Below, in pieces: positions 54,375-63,393 of a DNA stretch of 64,000 nucleotides. The stretch's first letter is position 1. Each line of letters begins with the position of its first letter. Origin of the DNA: Pseudomonadales bacterium (GTDB lineage Bacteria; Pseudomonadota; Gammaproteobacteria; Pseudomonadales; UBA5518); contig JACKOP010000005.1 of the NCBI GenBank assembly GCA_024234165.1, positions 123,409-187,408 of the forward strand, in the 5' to 3' direction. Below the pieces are notes generated by a model. It did not search any database, had not been told where the DNA came from, and worked only from the letters and a program-made list of their open reading frames with translations. A program made the position numbers and the translations under genes.

Positions 54375-55670
54375 TCACTTCCCATGTACACGGAGCGGAG
54401 CAGGCAGATCCAGCAGCAGCACAAGACCGATTGCCAGCAATACCAATGTACCGCCAACAAGAAATGCGATCTGGTAACTGCCCAGTCGATCGTAGACGAA
54501 TGCGCCCAGCAGCGGACCAAGCGCCGGGCCCAGCACGGTAAAAACCGCAGCGATGCCCATGATTCCACCGAGAAACCGTGTTCCGAACAGCCCACCTATG
54601 ATGCGTGGATTTTGCGGGATGACCCCTCCGTAGGCAAATCCGAACATGACCGCAAAAAGATACAGCATCCATGCGTGACTTATGGCGGGCAAGATGAAAA
54701 GCGCCAGCGAAGCCAACAGCATGCTGTAAGTCAGCGCACGCCTCGTCCCGATCCGATCAGAGGCAGCCCCCATGACAAGGCGGCCAAGTGCATTGGATGC
54801 AGCTGCAACACCGAGGGCCAGCGCAGCGACGGATTCGGCAATTCCGACGTCCGTTGCATAGGGGACCATATGAATCTGGGCCATCATGATGCCGGAGAAC
54901 ATCAGGATCACCGACAGGTTGTAGATCCAGAACGCCGGACTGCACAACGCCTGCTTGACCGTGTGGTTTCGAGCGCCGCTCGCAGCCACATGCGCTGCGT
55001 GAACGGATGTGGCGCCGACAGCCTGTTCGCCAGACAGCATGGCCTCTTCGCCGAAGGCTTGCAGCCCCATCTCTGAGGGATCCTTCTTCATCAGGAGCCC
55101 CATGGCCAGGATCACACAGGCCGCACCCAACCCGGCGATCTCGAAAGTTTCGCGCCAACCGTATGCTGTTATCCAATGCTGCGTCAGCGGCGAAAGGATC
55201 ATGCCTCCCAGGCCTCCGGCGGAAAAAACGAGGCCAAGCGCAAGACCACGGCGCTGTACGAACCAGCGCGGGATCGTGGCCATCAACGGCACAATCAGGA
55301 AGGCAACGCCCAGCCCACCCAGGATGCTGTAGGCAAGGTAGAACTGTCGCAGATTCTCTACCTTGGCCGCACAAAAAAGACCGAGGCCAAGCAACAAGCC
55401 CCCAGCCAGGCTGGTGACACGTGGACCGAAGCGATCAACCGCAAATCCCGCCACGATGGACATGGCACCCACGATCATCATGAACAGGCCGAATGCACCC
55501 GTTACCTCGCTGCGAAGCCAGCCGAATTGCTGGGCCAGCGGCTTCACGAACACGCCGAAACAGATGGTTGGCCACAGAGCGATGGCATAGATGAGCGCGG
55601 CGGCCAGAACGATGACCCAGCCGTAAAAGAACGCTGCCTTGTCTCCTGGTGGGACGGAAGAGGTATTCAT
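54375..55670 (-). CDS. MFS transporter, oxalate/formate-antiporter (OFA) / monocarboxylate-type
   Basis: 12 TM segments with a central loop. FYGWVIVLAAALIYAI...FGVFVKPL..QFGW and the overall layout recall OFA/MCT-like MFS. The substrate is unknown. Confidence 0.8.
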   Translation of the reverse strand: MNTSSVPPGDKAAFFYGWVIVLAAALIYAIALWPTICFGVFVKPLAQQFGWLRSEVTGAFGLFMMIVGAMSIVAGFAVDRFGPRVTSLAGGLLLGLGLFCAAKVENLRQFYLAYSILGGLGVAFLIVPLMATIPRWFVQRRGLALGLVFSAGGLGGMILSPLTQHWITAYGWRETFEIAGLGAACVILAMGLLMKKDPSEMGLQAFGEEAMLSGEQAVGATSVHAAHVAASGARNHTVKQALCSPAFWIYNLSVILMFSGIMMAQIHMVPYATDVGIAESVAALALGVAAASNALGRLVMGAASDRIGTRRALTYSMLLASLALFILPAISHAWMLYLFAVMFGFAYGGVIPQNPRIIGGLFGTRFLGGIMGIAAVFTVLGPALGPLLGAFVYDRLGSYQIAFLVGGTLVLLAIGLVLLLDLPAPLRVHGK

Positions 55671-55671
55671 C

Positions 55672-57387
55672 TCAAGCGAAGAAGGCAGCCGTCATTTCGT
55701 TCAGTCCGGCGCCTTCGGGACTGACCATGAGTTCGATGAGCGTGGGCTTGCGCAAGCCGATCATCTCCTCCAGCGCCGGCTTGATCGCCGCTGCGTCGCT
55801 GATGCGCCTGGCAATCAGCCCGAAGCCCTCGGCCAGCGCGGCAAAGCTCAGCTCGCCAATGTCGTACACGGCACAATCGGCTCCATCCATCGGGGCGCCG
55901 ACCGCCTGCCCGTAGTAGCCGAAGAGGCCTCTCATCGAGCCGAAACCACCATTGTTGAAGACCACGAACACAATCGGTACCTGGTACCTGGCGGCGCTCC
56001 ACAGGGCCTGGATGCAAAACATGGCACCACCATCGCCAAGCAACGCGACGATCGCCTGGTCGGGACGCCCCATGGCGACTCCAAGTGCAGCCGGCACGCC
56101 CCATCCCAGGGAATCGACGCAGGTGAAGTAACTGCCTGGCTCACGAAATCCGATCACCTTGGGCAATTGTCCGTAGAACGATGCCAACTCGTCGACCACA
56201 GCAGCATTCCCGGGCAGCGCGGCAGCGATCTCCCTGAACGCTGCGCCCCAATGGACGGGCACCAATCCCGGATCGGCATTCAGGCAGCTCTCGACAAAGT
56301 CCTTTCGCTGCTGATGCTCTTCCCTCAACTGCGCCATTCGCTCGACATGCCTTGCCTTGTCAAGCAGCGGCTCGACGGCTTTGCGCAACTGGGCCAGTGC
56401 GAGCTTCGGATTCGCGAGCAAGGCGACTTCCGTCGGACAAAACCTGGCAAGTGCACAGGCATCGAGATCGATCTGGATGACACGCGTTGCCGGCGGCACG
56501 ACCGGCGAATCTGCCTGGTCGTCAAACTTGAATACATCGCTACCGATTTCCAGCAAGACATCGGCAGATGTCGCCACACGGCGAATGGCATGGCTCTGCT
56601 GGAAGAGCAGCCCACGATACAGGGGATGATCACTGGGGAAGATCAGTTTGGTTTCATTGCCCGTGTACACAGGCGCAGCCAACACTTCGGCCAATGCGAC
56701 CAGCTCGGACACCGCATCCGTATCAGCCACGGCGTGACCGGCAACTATCACCGGATTTCTTGCGGAGGCCAGCAGCCCGGCCACATGCTCCAGTGACCCG
56801 GCGGACAGGCCGGTATCCATTGTTACGCGCCGACCATGCGCAGGAAATGACTGGTGCGCCACGACCTGGCATTGCACTCCGTGCGGGATGGAGAGCACAA
56901 CCGGACCTGTTGGCGCGGTGCACGCTTCCTTGATTGCCCGATTCACGGCCACCGCCACGTCGTTTGCGCGCGTCACGCGCCAGCGTGCCTTGGTGACCTG
57001 GCTCACCATGGGGCGCACGTCGACATCCATGTAACGCTCGTTCCAGTCGAGCGAGGCATCCGTCTGTCCGACGATGACGAGAATCCGGCTTCCGGCGGCG
57101 TAAGCATTGTGCAGGTTTCCCATCGTGTTCGACAGGCCGCCGGTCGAATGCACGACTACGACGGCGAGCCTTCCGGTTGCCCGCGAATAGCCGTCTGCCA
57201 TACCCAGCGCAGCAGATTCGTGCGTGGCATGCACGAAGGTCATGTCAGGCGCTCGTCTCAATGCGTGCAACAGCGGTACGTTCGTGATGCCGCAAACACC
57301 GAAAACGCGATCGACGCCCTCTTCGCGAAGCATGCTCCACACGGCATCGGCACAACTCATCTCTACGGTCGTTTCTCCGTCATTCAT
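55672..57387 (-). CDS. Thiamine-diphosphate-dependent enzyme, benzoylformate-decarboxylase / acetolactate-synthase-like
   Basis: The N-terminal PYR domain VDRVFGVCGITNVPLLHAL...HESAALGMADGYSR. The ThDP-binding motif is LLGDGGAMFCIQALWSAARYQVPIVFVVFNNGGFG. 571 aa. Confidence 0.85.
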   Translation of the reverse strand: MNDGETTVEMSCADAVWSMLREEGVDRVFGVCGITNVPLLHALRRAPDMTFVHATHESAALGMADGYSRATGRLAVVVVHSTGGLSNTMGNLHNAYAAGSRILVIVGQTDASLDWNERYMDVDVRPMVSQVTKARWRVTRANDVAVAVNRAIKEACTAPTGPVVLSIPHGVQCQVVAHQSFPAHGRRVTMDTGLSAGSLEHVAGLLASARNPVIVAGHAVADTDAVSELVALAEVLAAPVYTGNETKLIFPSDHPLYRGLLFQQSHAIRRVATSADVLLEIGSDVFKFDDQADSPVVPPATRVIQIDLDACALARFCPTEVALLANPKLALAQLRKAVEPLLDKARHVERMAQLREEHQQRKDFVESCLNADPGLVPVHWGAAFREIAAALPGNAAVVDELASFYGQLPKVIGFREPGSYFTCVDSLGWGVPAALGVAMGRPDQAIVALLGDGGAMFCIQALWSAARYQVPIVFVVFNNGGFGSMRGLFGYYGQAVGAPMDGADCAVYDIGELSFAALAEGFGLIARRISDAAAIKPALEEMIGLRKPTLIELMVSPEGAGLNEMTAAFFA

Positions 57388-57453
57388 GCCTGCGTCCTCG
57401 CTCCCGGTCTGCTGCGTCTCAAGGAGTCAAATCCAGCTTTGCTCCGCATGTCA

Positions 57454-58911
57454 TCACGGTTGCGAATGGGCAAAGCTGGCACCACGTTCCACTACCTCGC
57501 GCTCGAAATTCTCGATGACCACCCAGCGCACCATGCGACGAAACAGCTCGATGCCATCATGCGGATAGCCCTCGGCCTCATACGTCGCGCAGCCCAGCGT
57601 GGTAAGACGCTGCGCACCCTGCAGGGCACATCGGTCACGGATTCGTTCCTTGAGGGATTCCGGATAGACGCCGATGGTCTGGGTATCGATGGTCACCCAC
57701 TGGAGGGCATCCTCGATCCTGTTCACCGGCACCAGGTTGACGACCCGGCCATTCAATTCGTCCTTGAACGGAACCGGTTCGCTTCGTCGTGAAATGACGA
57801 CACCGCCCTCGGATTGCTCGACACCGATGACACCGTAACGGGCGTCATGGCGTATCCCATCGATATCAGCGCGGAGTTGAGCGGGAAAATCGGGGCTGCA
57901 GGAACTGAACTGGGATGGCAGCGCCTGGATCGCCGCATGCACGAGCGCACCCAAGCGCTCTAGCCGCTCCACCCCCACCGCATCCACGCCACTTTCGACA
58001 TAGACCACCCGGGCATTGAGACATGCAGCCTGGTTCAACAGGCCTACGTCCTTGGCGATCTGTTCCGCAACATAATTCATGGACTCCTGCGACTCGAAAG
58101 CCTCGCTGCCGATCATCGAACCGCTGACCTTGGGATCGAGCGCGATGAGATCCAGCCCCGGCACGAGGTACTTGCGGACCTGGCGCATCGAGCTCGGACC
58201 GCCCCAGGCCAGGATCTTCTCGATGTTGCGTGGCGTGTACAGATGCTCCTCGACACCCGCATCCCCTCCTTTCCAGTAGCCCACCGTGTAGTGCCTGGTA
58301 ATCGGATGCGTGGGCGCCATCTCGATCATGGTCAAGCCCAGGGCCGTCGCAGTGAACGGGTCGTTGGATGGGAACTTGACGATGTTGTCGCACCGCAGGA
58401 TGGATCCGTGCATCAGACCGAAGGCAGCGGCTGCAGGGGAGTTGCCCGGGTTGAGGTGCACCGTCCGAGCGCCGAATGCGCGCACCTGGACTTCCCGATC
58501 GGCAAACTGGCGGCTCTCCCAGCCATCGAGGCATTCGATGCCCATCATCTTGTCGATCGCCTCCTCTATGGAGGCTCGATTGAAGGCAACGCTCAGTCCG
58601 TTGTACATCTGAGCCAGGATCTCCCTGGACTGGACGTTGGCTGCAAGATACATCTCCATGGCCTGACGAAGATGCGCATTCGTGTCCAGCCGGAGCCGCG
58701 CCCCGAGTTCTTCGAGATAGTCGAGGACATCCGCGACGGACAGCCGGTACATGTCCTCCATCTCGGCCGGATTGCGCAAGACGATCCGGTCGATGAACCG
58801 CTTTACATCAGGCGTCCGGAAGGACACGCCACCTCGCCGGCCCTGGAAAGGCACCATGTGATCGCGTATGACCTCGCCGCGAACAATCAGGGGGATGTCG
58901 TACTCTGTCAC
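57454..58911 (-). CDS. LuxC-family acyl-CoA/acyl-protein reductase paralog 1
   Basis: I prefer the GTG at 58909-58911 (AAGGAG lies 9 nt upstream). It gives MTEYDIPLIVRGEVI, parallel to paralog 2. VHLNPGNSPAAAAFGLMHGSILRCDNIVKFPSNDPFTATAL..HPITR..VGYW, ILAWGG, the active-site-type NQAAC, and GYPHDGIELFRRMVRW all align by eye with LuxC as I remember it. Confidence 0.8.
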   Translation of the reverse strand: MTEYDIPLIVRGEVIRDHMVPFQGRRGGVSFRTPDVKRFIDRIVLRNPAEMEDMYRLSVADVLDYLEELGARLRLDTNAHLRQAMEMYLAANVQSREILAQMYNGLSVAFNRASIEEAIDKMMGIECLDGWESRQFADREVQVRAFGARTVHLNPGNSPAAAAFGLMHGSILRCDNIVKFPSNDPFTATALGLTMIEMAPTHPITRHYTVGYWKGGDAGVEEHLYTPRNIEKILAWGGPSSMRQVRKYLVPGLDLIALDPKVSGSMIGSEAFESQESMNYVAEQIAKDVGLLNQAACLNARVVYVESGVDAVGVERLERLGALVHAAIQALPSQFSSCSPDFPAQLRADIDGIRHDARYGVIGVEQSEGGVVISRRSEPVPFKDELNGRVVNLVPVNRIEDALQWVTIDTQTIGVYPESLKERIRDRCALQGAQRLTTLGCATYEAEGYPHDGIELFRRMVRWVVIENFEREVVERGASFAHSQP

Positions 58912-58981
58912 GCTCGCATGCTCCTTGATCAAGCCTGAGAAATGGTTGCAAGCATCTCACGCTTACATCTATAGAAAACTT

Positions 58982-58997
58982 TATTGCTATATCAATA
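58982..58997. promoter_or_regulatory. 16-bp palindrome TATTG-N6-CAATA in the divergent luxC1 / luxE1 promoter region
   Basis: TATTGCTATATCAATA is palindromic at 14 of 16 positions. It lies in the 236-bp AT-rich spacer between 58911 and 59148. Confidence 0.35.
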
Positions 58998-59147
58998 CAT
59001 GGTATGGTCGCAACCTGATAGCGTCAAGTCACCCCATCAGGGGTCATGCACAACATGTTCACCCGCTGACGCAGCGTAACGGATCGGATACATCGGCATA
59101 CCAAAGCTCGTTTCCTGTCACGCGGCCCTGGAGTTGAAGCGACAATC

Positions 59148-60584
59148 ATGGCTACGCAAGTCGATCCGCAAACCGCTCGCGCCTATAAAACGCGGTTTCT
59201 CGAAAACCCCGCGAATTTCCTTGATTACCCGATCGACGTCGTCTTTTCGCTAGACCCGGCAGAGCTGGACGCAATGCATCTTCGACATGCGAAGGACAGG
59301 TTCGCCTTCGGCGTCGAACACATTGCCATGGTGCGCCAACTGGCAACGCAGAACGAGGTCTCCGGCATCGACTCCTTCGACGACCTCCTGCCTCTGCTGT
59401 ACAGCCAGGACACCTTCAAGAGCTATCCTCAATCCTGGCTCGAGACCGGAGATTTCAACCGCCTGAACAGATGGCTCGGGAAGCTGTGTGCCATCGATCT
59501 GCGCAACGTCGACGCATCGTCCTGCTCTCTCATCGAAGACTGGATAAAGGTTCTGGCCAGCGAATCCGGCGTCGACCTTCTCATTTCGGCTGGCGCCGAC
59601 GGGAAGGCCGCATTCCTGCCACGCACCCGTGACGAGTGGGGAGTGATGCATCGCGTCACCCTCTGGAACTTCCAGTCATCCATGACGGGAAGGAACGGAG
59701 AGTCCCTTGCCTTGCGGGTCGGGGTAGACAAGGCGCCACTGATACATCCCGGTGCGCGCGGCGGCGCACGCAGCTGGGGACGCTTCCTCGACTTCTACGA
59801 ACAGACCTTCGGTACCGGTCTTGTCGATGCGCCGCTCGGTTACAACGACTCCGATCTGCTCAGCCTTGCCGGTCGCATACGCGAAGCCAGCAAGAAGGGC
59901 GAAGCGGGTTCGCTGCAGATCAATCCGGAGTTGCTGGCGCGCAAGGATGAAATTGCCCGCATCAATGCGGACAAGCCACGGCGCATGGAAGCCCTGATGC
60001 AACGCCTGGGCAACGACTACCGAGGTCGCCGCATCATCTGTTACAGCAGCATGCAGATGCTCCACGATCTGGCAACGCGCCTGCGCGACCAGCACATCAC
60101 GGGGGCCTTCGCTCCCGACTCGTTTTTTTTCTGCGGAGGCGGATTCGCCGATGGCAAGGAGCCAGCCAACTGGAAACAGCAGGCAGCCGCGGTGCTGGGC
60201 ATACCAGAAACCTCGATTCACGTAGGCTACGGCATGCAGGAAGGTCTTTGGGCAACGAATCAGTGTCCGGCAGGCAGGTTCCACGTCCCGGTCACCGTCA
60301 TCCCGTTCGTTCTCGACGAAACGAACAATCAGCCGCTGCCCCGTACCGGCAGGCAGACAGGAAGGTTCGCCTTCTTCGACCTGCTGCCCACTACCTCGTG
60401 GGGCGGTTACATCAGCAGTGACCGGGTCACCATTTCATGGGATCGACACTGCGACTGTGGTCGCATGGGCGCCTTTCTCGACGCAGACATCAGCAAGGTA
60501 CCCGAAAGGCAGGACGACAAGATCGGCTGTGCCGGCACGTCCGGGGCTCTGGAAGACGCCACCGATTTCCTGCTCCGTACGTGA
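59148..60584 (+). CDS. LuxE-like acyl-protein synthetase paralog 1 (degenerate phosphate-binding motif, Cys-containing C-terminal tail)
   Basis: Collinear with paralog 2 (LLPLLYSQDTFKSY, FCGGGF, CDCGR). The SSGTSG position instead reads SAGADG (59586-59603). The C-terminal tail is ...ERQDDKIGCAGTSGALEDATDFLLRT, with the Cys codon at 60528-60530. Confidence 0.65.
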   Translation: MATQVDPQTARAYKTRFLENPANFLDYPIDVVFSLDPAELDAMHLRHAKDRFAFGVEHIAMVRQLATQNEVSGIDSFDDLLPLLYSQDTFKSYPQSWLETGDFNRLNRWLGKLCAIDLRNVDASSCSLIEDWIKVLASESGVDLLISAGADGKAAFLPRTRDEWGVMHRVTLWNFQSSMTGRNGESLALRVGVDKAPLIHPGARGGARSWGRFLDFYEQTFGTGLVDAPLGYNDSDLLSLAGRIREASKKGEAGSLQINPELLARKDEIARINADKPRRMEALMQRLGNDYRGRRIICYSSMQMLHDLATRLRDQHITGAFAPDSFFFCGGGFADGKEPANWKQQAAAVLGIPETSIHVGYGMQEGLWATNQCPAGRFHVPVTVIPFVLDETNNQPLPRTGRQTGRFAFFDLLPTTSWGGYISSDRVTISWDRHCDCGRMGAFLDADISKVPERQDDKIGCAGTSGALEDATDFLLRT

Positions 60585-60608
60585 TCAATAAATTCCGCGG
60601 GTATCGAC

Positions 60609-62069
60609 ATGACCAAGTACCGGATCCCCATCATTGCACGAGGCCAGGTCATCGATGACTACGAAGTCATCTGTCACGGCCGGTATGGCGCCGATTTCGC
60701 GTGCCCCGACCCGAACAAGTACCTGTCAAGAATCCTGTTGCCTTCACGCCGCGCAATGGAACCTCTCTACCAACTGTCGTTGGACGAGGTCGTCAGCTAC
60801 TTGCTGGAACTGGGAAAGCATCTGAAGACAGCGACCAATCCGCACCTGCAATGGGCTCTTGAACTTGCCAGGGCTTTCAACGATGTGCCACCGCACATGG
60901 TCCGGAACGCCATGGACAGTTTTCAGGATCGATTCCTGTCTCGCTCGACTCTCGAAGGGATGATCGATACGGTAGGACGCGAGCATCTCGACGGTTGGCA
61001 ACGTCACGAACGTGACTCGGGACGCATCTCCTACATCCGTGCCTTCGGGGTGCCCACGGCACACGTGATTGCCGGCAATGGCCCATCTGTCGCCATGATG
61101 ACGCTGGTGCGCAACGCTCTCATCCGCGGCTACGCCATCGTAAAGATCCCCTCGAACGAACTGGGCACCGCCGTTGCCCTCGCACGCACGGCAATCGACA
61201 TGGCTCCTGACCACCCTCTGACCAAGGCATTCAGTGCTGTTTACTGGCGCGGGGGCGACGACGCTTTCGAATCCCGCCTGTACCACCCCAGGAATGTCGA
61301 GCGCATCGTCGCATGGGGCGGCTTCGCATCGGTCACGCATATCGCCAAATACGTACGCCCCGGCATCGATCTCGTGACCTTCGACCCGAAGATCAGTCGT
61401 TCCGTACTGGGACCAGGCACGTTCGCCTCGGATGCCAGCATGAGTGAAGCGGCCATGCGCCTGGCCGACGATGTCGGCAATGGCAACCAGAACGGGTGCA
61501 CCAATTGCCGGGTGTCCTACGCCATAAACGATGGAAGCTCTGATTTCCTGGACAAGGTGAAGCGTTTCGGCCAGATGGTGTTCGATGAAATCCAGCGACT
61601 GCCTCACGAGGTGAGCAGCCCCGCCATTCACATGGACCCGGGGTTTCAGTCGAAAGTAGCGGCTTTGGCGATGCTCGACGACGATTATCACGTCGTCGGT
61701 GGTGACAAACGCGGAGGCGTGATCGTCTCGATCGAAGGCGACCAGGTGGATTTTGCCGACGAACTCAAGTATCGGACACTGAACATCGTCCCCGTGAAGG
61801 ATTACGACGCCATGCTTCGCTTTGTCACGCGCGACGTACAGACCGTAGGCGTGTATCCAGAAAGCGTGCGCGATGAGCTTCGCACGGTCCTGGCTCTCCA
61901 TGGCGTACAGCGAATCACATCCCTCGGGTTCATGCGCGAATACGACGCGGCAATTGATCCACACGATGGGAACGAAGCCTTGCGAAAGATGTGTACCTGG
62001 GTCGTTGCCGAGGATTGCATCACGAACCACGCCCCCGCACTCTGGCGCAAGGCAGGCAGCACGGGCTGA
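60609..62069 (+). CDS. LuxC-family acyl-CoA/acyl-protein reductase paralog 2
   Basis: MTKYRIPIIARGQVI, AHVIAGNGPSVAMMTLVRNALIRGYAIVKIPSNELGTAVAL..HPLTK..AVYW, IVAWGG, NQNGC, DPHDGNEALRKMCTWV. Confidence 0.8.
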   Translation: MTKYRIPIIARGQVIDDYEVICHGRYGADFACPDPNKYLSRILLPSRRAMEPLYQLSLDEVVSYLLELGKHLKTATNPHLQWALELARAFNDVPPHMVRNAMDSFQDRFLSRSTLEGMIDTVGREHLDGWQRHERDSGRISYIRAFGVPTAHVIAGNGPSVAMMTLVRNALIRGYAIVKIPSNELGTAVALARTAIDMAPDHPLTKAFSAVYWRGGDDAFESRLYHPRNVERIVAWGGFASVTHIAKYVRPGIDLVTFDPKISRSVLGPGTFASDASMSEAAMRLADDVGNGNQNGCTNCRVSYAINDGSSDFLDKVKRFGQMVFDEIQRLPHEVSSPAIHMDPGFQSKVAALAMLDDDYHVVGGDKRGGVIVSIEGDQVDFADELKYRTLNIVPVKDYDAMLRFVTRDVQTVGVYPESVRDELRTVLALHGVQRITSLGFMREYDAAIDPHDGNEALRKMCTWVVAEDCITNHAPALWRKAGSTG

Positions 62070-62076
62070 AAGATCG

Positions 62077-63387
62077 ATGAACACGAACATCTTCGCTCAT
62101 GTGCACGCCCCAGGCGATCTCTTGCTGCATCCACAGGTCGATCCCGGGTTCCTGATTCGCCGCGACGTCGAGGAATTCCAGCTGACAGCCGCCAGGCTCC
62201 GGCTGCAAAGCCATGCCGAACGCATCCCCGCCGTGAGCGAATTGCTGGCCGGCAAGGACCCCATGTCCTTCACCCGCATCGACGATTTCATTGCCGTGCT
62301 CTTCGAGGAAGACATCTACAAAAGCTACGACCCGACGTGGATCGACGACGGCGAATTCGACAAGATGACCCGCTGGCTGGATCGACTCAGCACACACGAT
62401 CTTTCCAGGGTCGAGACCCATGACTGTGACAGTCTTACCGCGTGGTGTCGGCGCCTCGACGAACAGGCGGGCATCTTCATCTGCCATTCGTCGGGAACCA
62501 GCGGCACCCTGAGCTTCGTTCCTCGTTCGCAGCGCGATCGCGATCTGGCGGTCGATCATGTGGTGTGGTACAGCCATCCGTTGTTCAAGCCGAACCAACG
62601 CAATGACGTAACGTATTTTTGCATGCAGGCACGGCGTCAGTACCGCATCACTCAACCCATCTATGATGGACTGGAGGAGCGGTTCCAGATCAATCCAGTG
62701 GAAGCACTGACCGATTTCCTCAGTCCAGAGTTCTTCATCACCCAAGGCAAGCTACGCAAGGCGGCCTCAGCCGGCACGATGGACGAGTGCCTGAAAAGAA
62801 ACCTCATCGTGGCAGCCCATCGCGAGGAAGTGGAACGCTACCAGCAGAACCTGCCGCACCTCATCAAGCGCTGGACCGAAAATCTCATTGAGAACTACCG
62901 CGGGCGGCAAATTTTTTTCCAGGGCTCATTCGACAAGGCCTGGCAGATCACTCAGCTCTTCAGCAAGATGGGTGTCACCTGTGCCTTCGCCCCTGAGTCC
63001 AGGTTTTCCCTGTTTGGCGGAGTCAAGGACGGCAGTCAGCTACCGGATGACTGGCAGGATCAGTTCCGGCGCGTAACCGGGGTGTCCGAAGACAATCTGA
63101 TCTTCGGTTGGGGCATGTCCGAGATGACGGGAGCACTATTGCGCTGCTCCCATGGCATGTTTCATTTCATGATCCAGATCATCCCCTTCCTGCTCGAACC
63201 GGGAACTCGCGTCCCGCTTCCGCGCCAGGGAACCCAGACCGGCCAGTTGGCCATTCTCGAACTCGTCTCGGAAGATTGCTGGGGCGGCATGATCAGCGGC
63301 GACCGTGGCACCATCCACTGGGACAAGACCTGTGCCTGCGGGCGTGACGGCCCCTTGCTCGACCCGCAAAGCATCGGACGCCTGTAG
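62077..63387 (+). CDS. LuxE-like acyl-protein synthetase / acyl-adenylate-forming enzyme paralog 2 (intact SSGTSG, no C-terminal Cys tail)
   Basis: IAVLFEEDIYKSY, FICHSSGTSGTLSFVPRS (motif at 62488-62505; compare LuxE F-T-S-S-G-T-x-G...VPR), FGGVKDG. It ends ...CACGRDGPLLDPQSIGRL*. Confidence 0.7.
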   Translation: MNTNIFAHVHAPGDLLLHPQVDPGFLIRRDVEEFQLTAARLRLQSHAERIPAVSELLAGKDPMSFTRIDDFIAVLFEEDIYKSYDPTWIDDGEFDKMTRWLDRLSTHDLSRVETHDCDSLTAWCRRLDEQAGIFICHSSGTSGTLSFVPRSQRDRDLAVDHVVWYSHPLFKPNQRNDVTYFCMQARRQYRITQPIYDGLEERFQINPVEALTDFLSPEFFITQGKLRKAASAGTMDECLKRNLIVAAHREEVERYQQNLPHLIKRWTENLIENYRGRQIFFQGSFDKAWQITQLFSKMGVTCAFAPESRFSLFGGVKDGSQLPDDWQDQFRRVTGVSEDNLIFGWGMSEMTGALLRCSHGMFHFMIQIIPFLLEPGTRVPLPRQGTQTGQLAILELVSEDCWGGMISGDRGTIHWDKTCACGRDGPLLDPQSIGRL

Positions 63388-63393
63388 CGCAGA

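Noticed and set aside
60744-62090. 448-aa minus-strand ORF inside the lux-like cluster. Similar cases are 55639-56796 (+) and 51344-52516 (+).
   Set aside because: They are antisense to luxC2, the ThDP enzyme and the CoA-transferase. The sense-strand proteins align motif by motif with known families, and the antisense translations do not.
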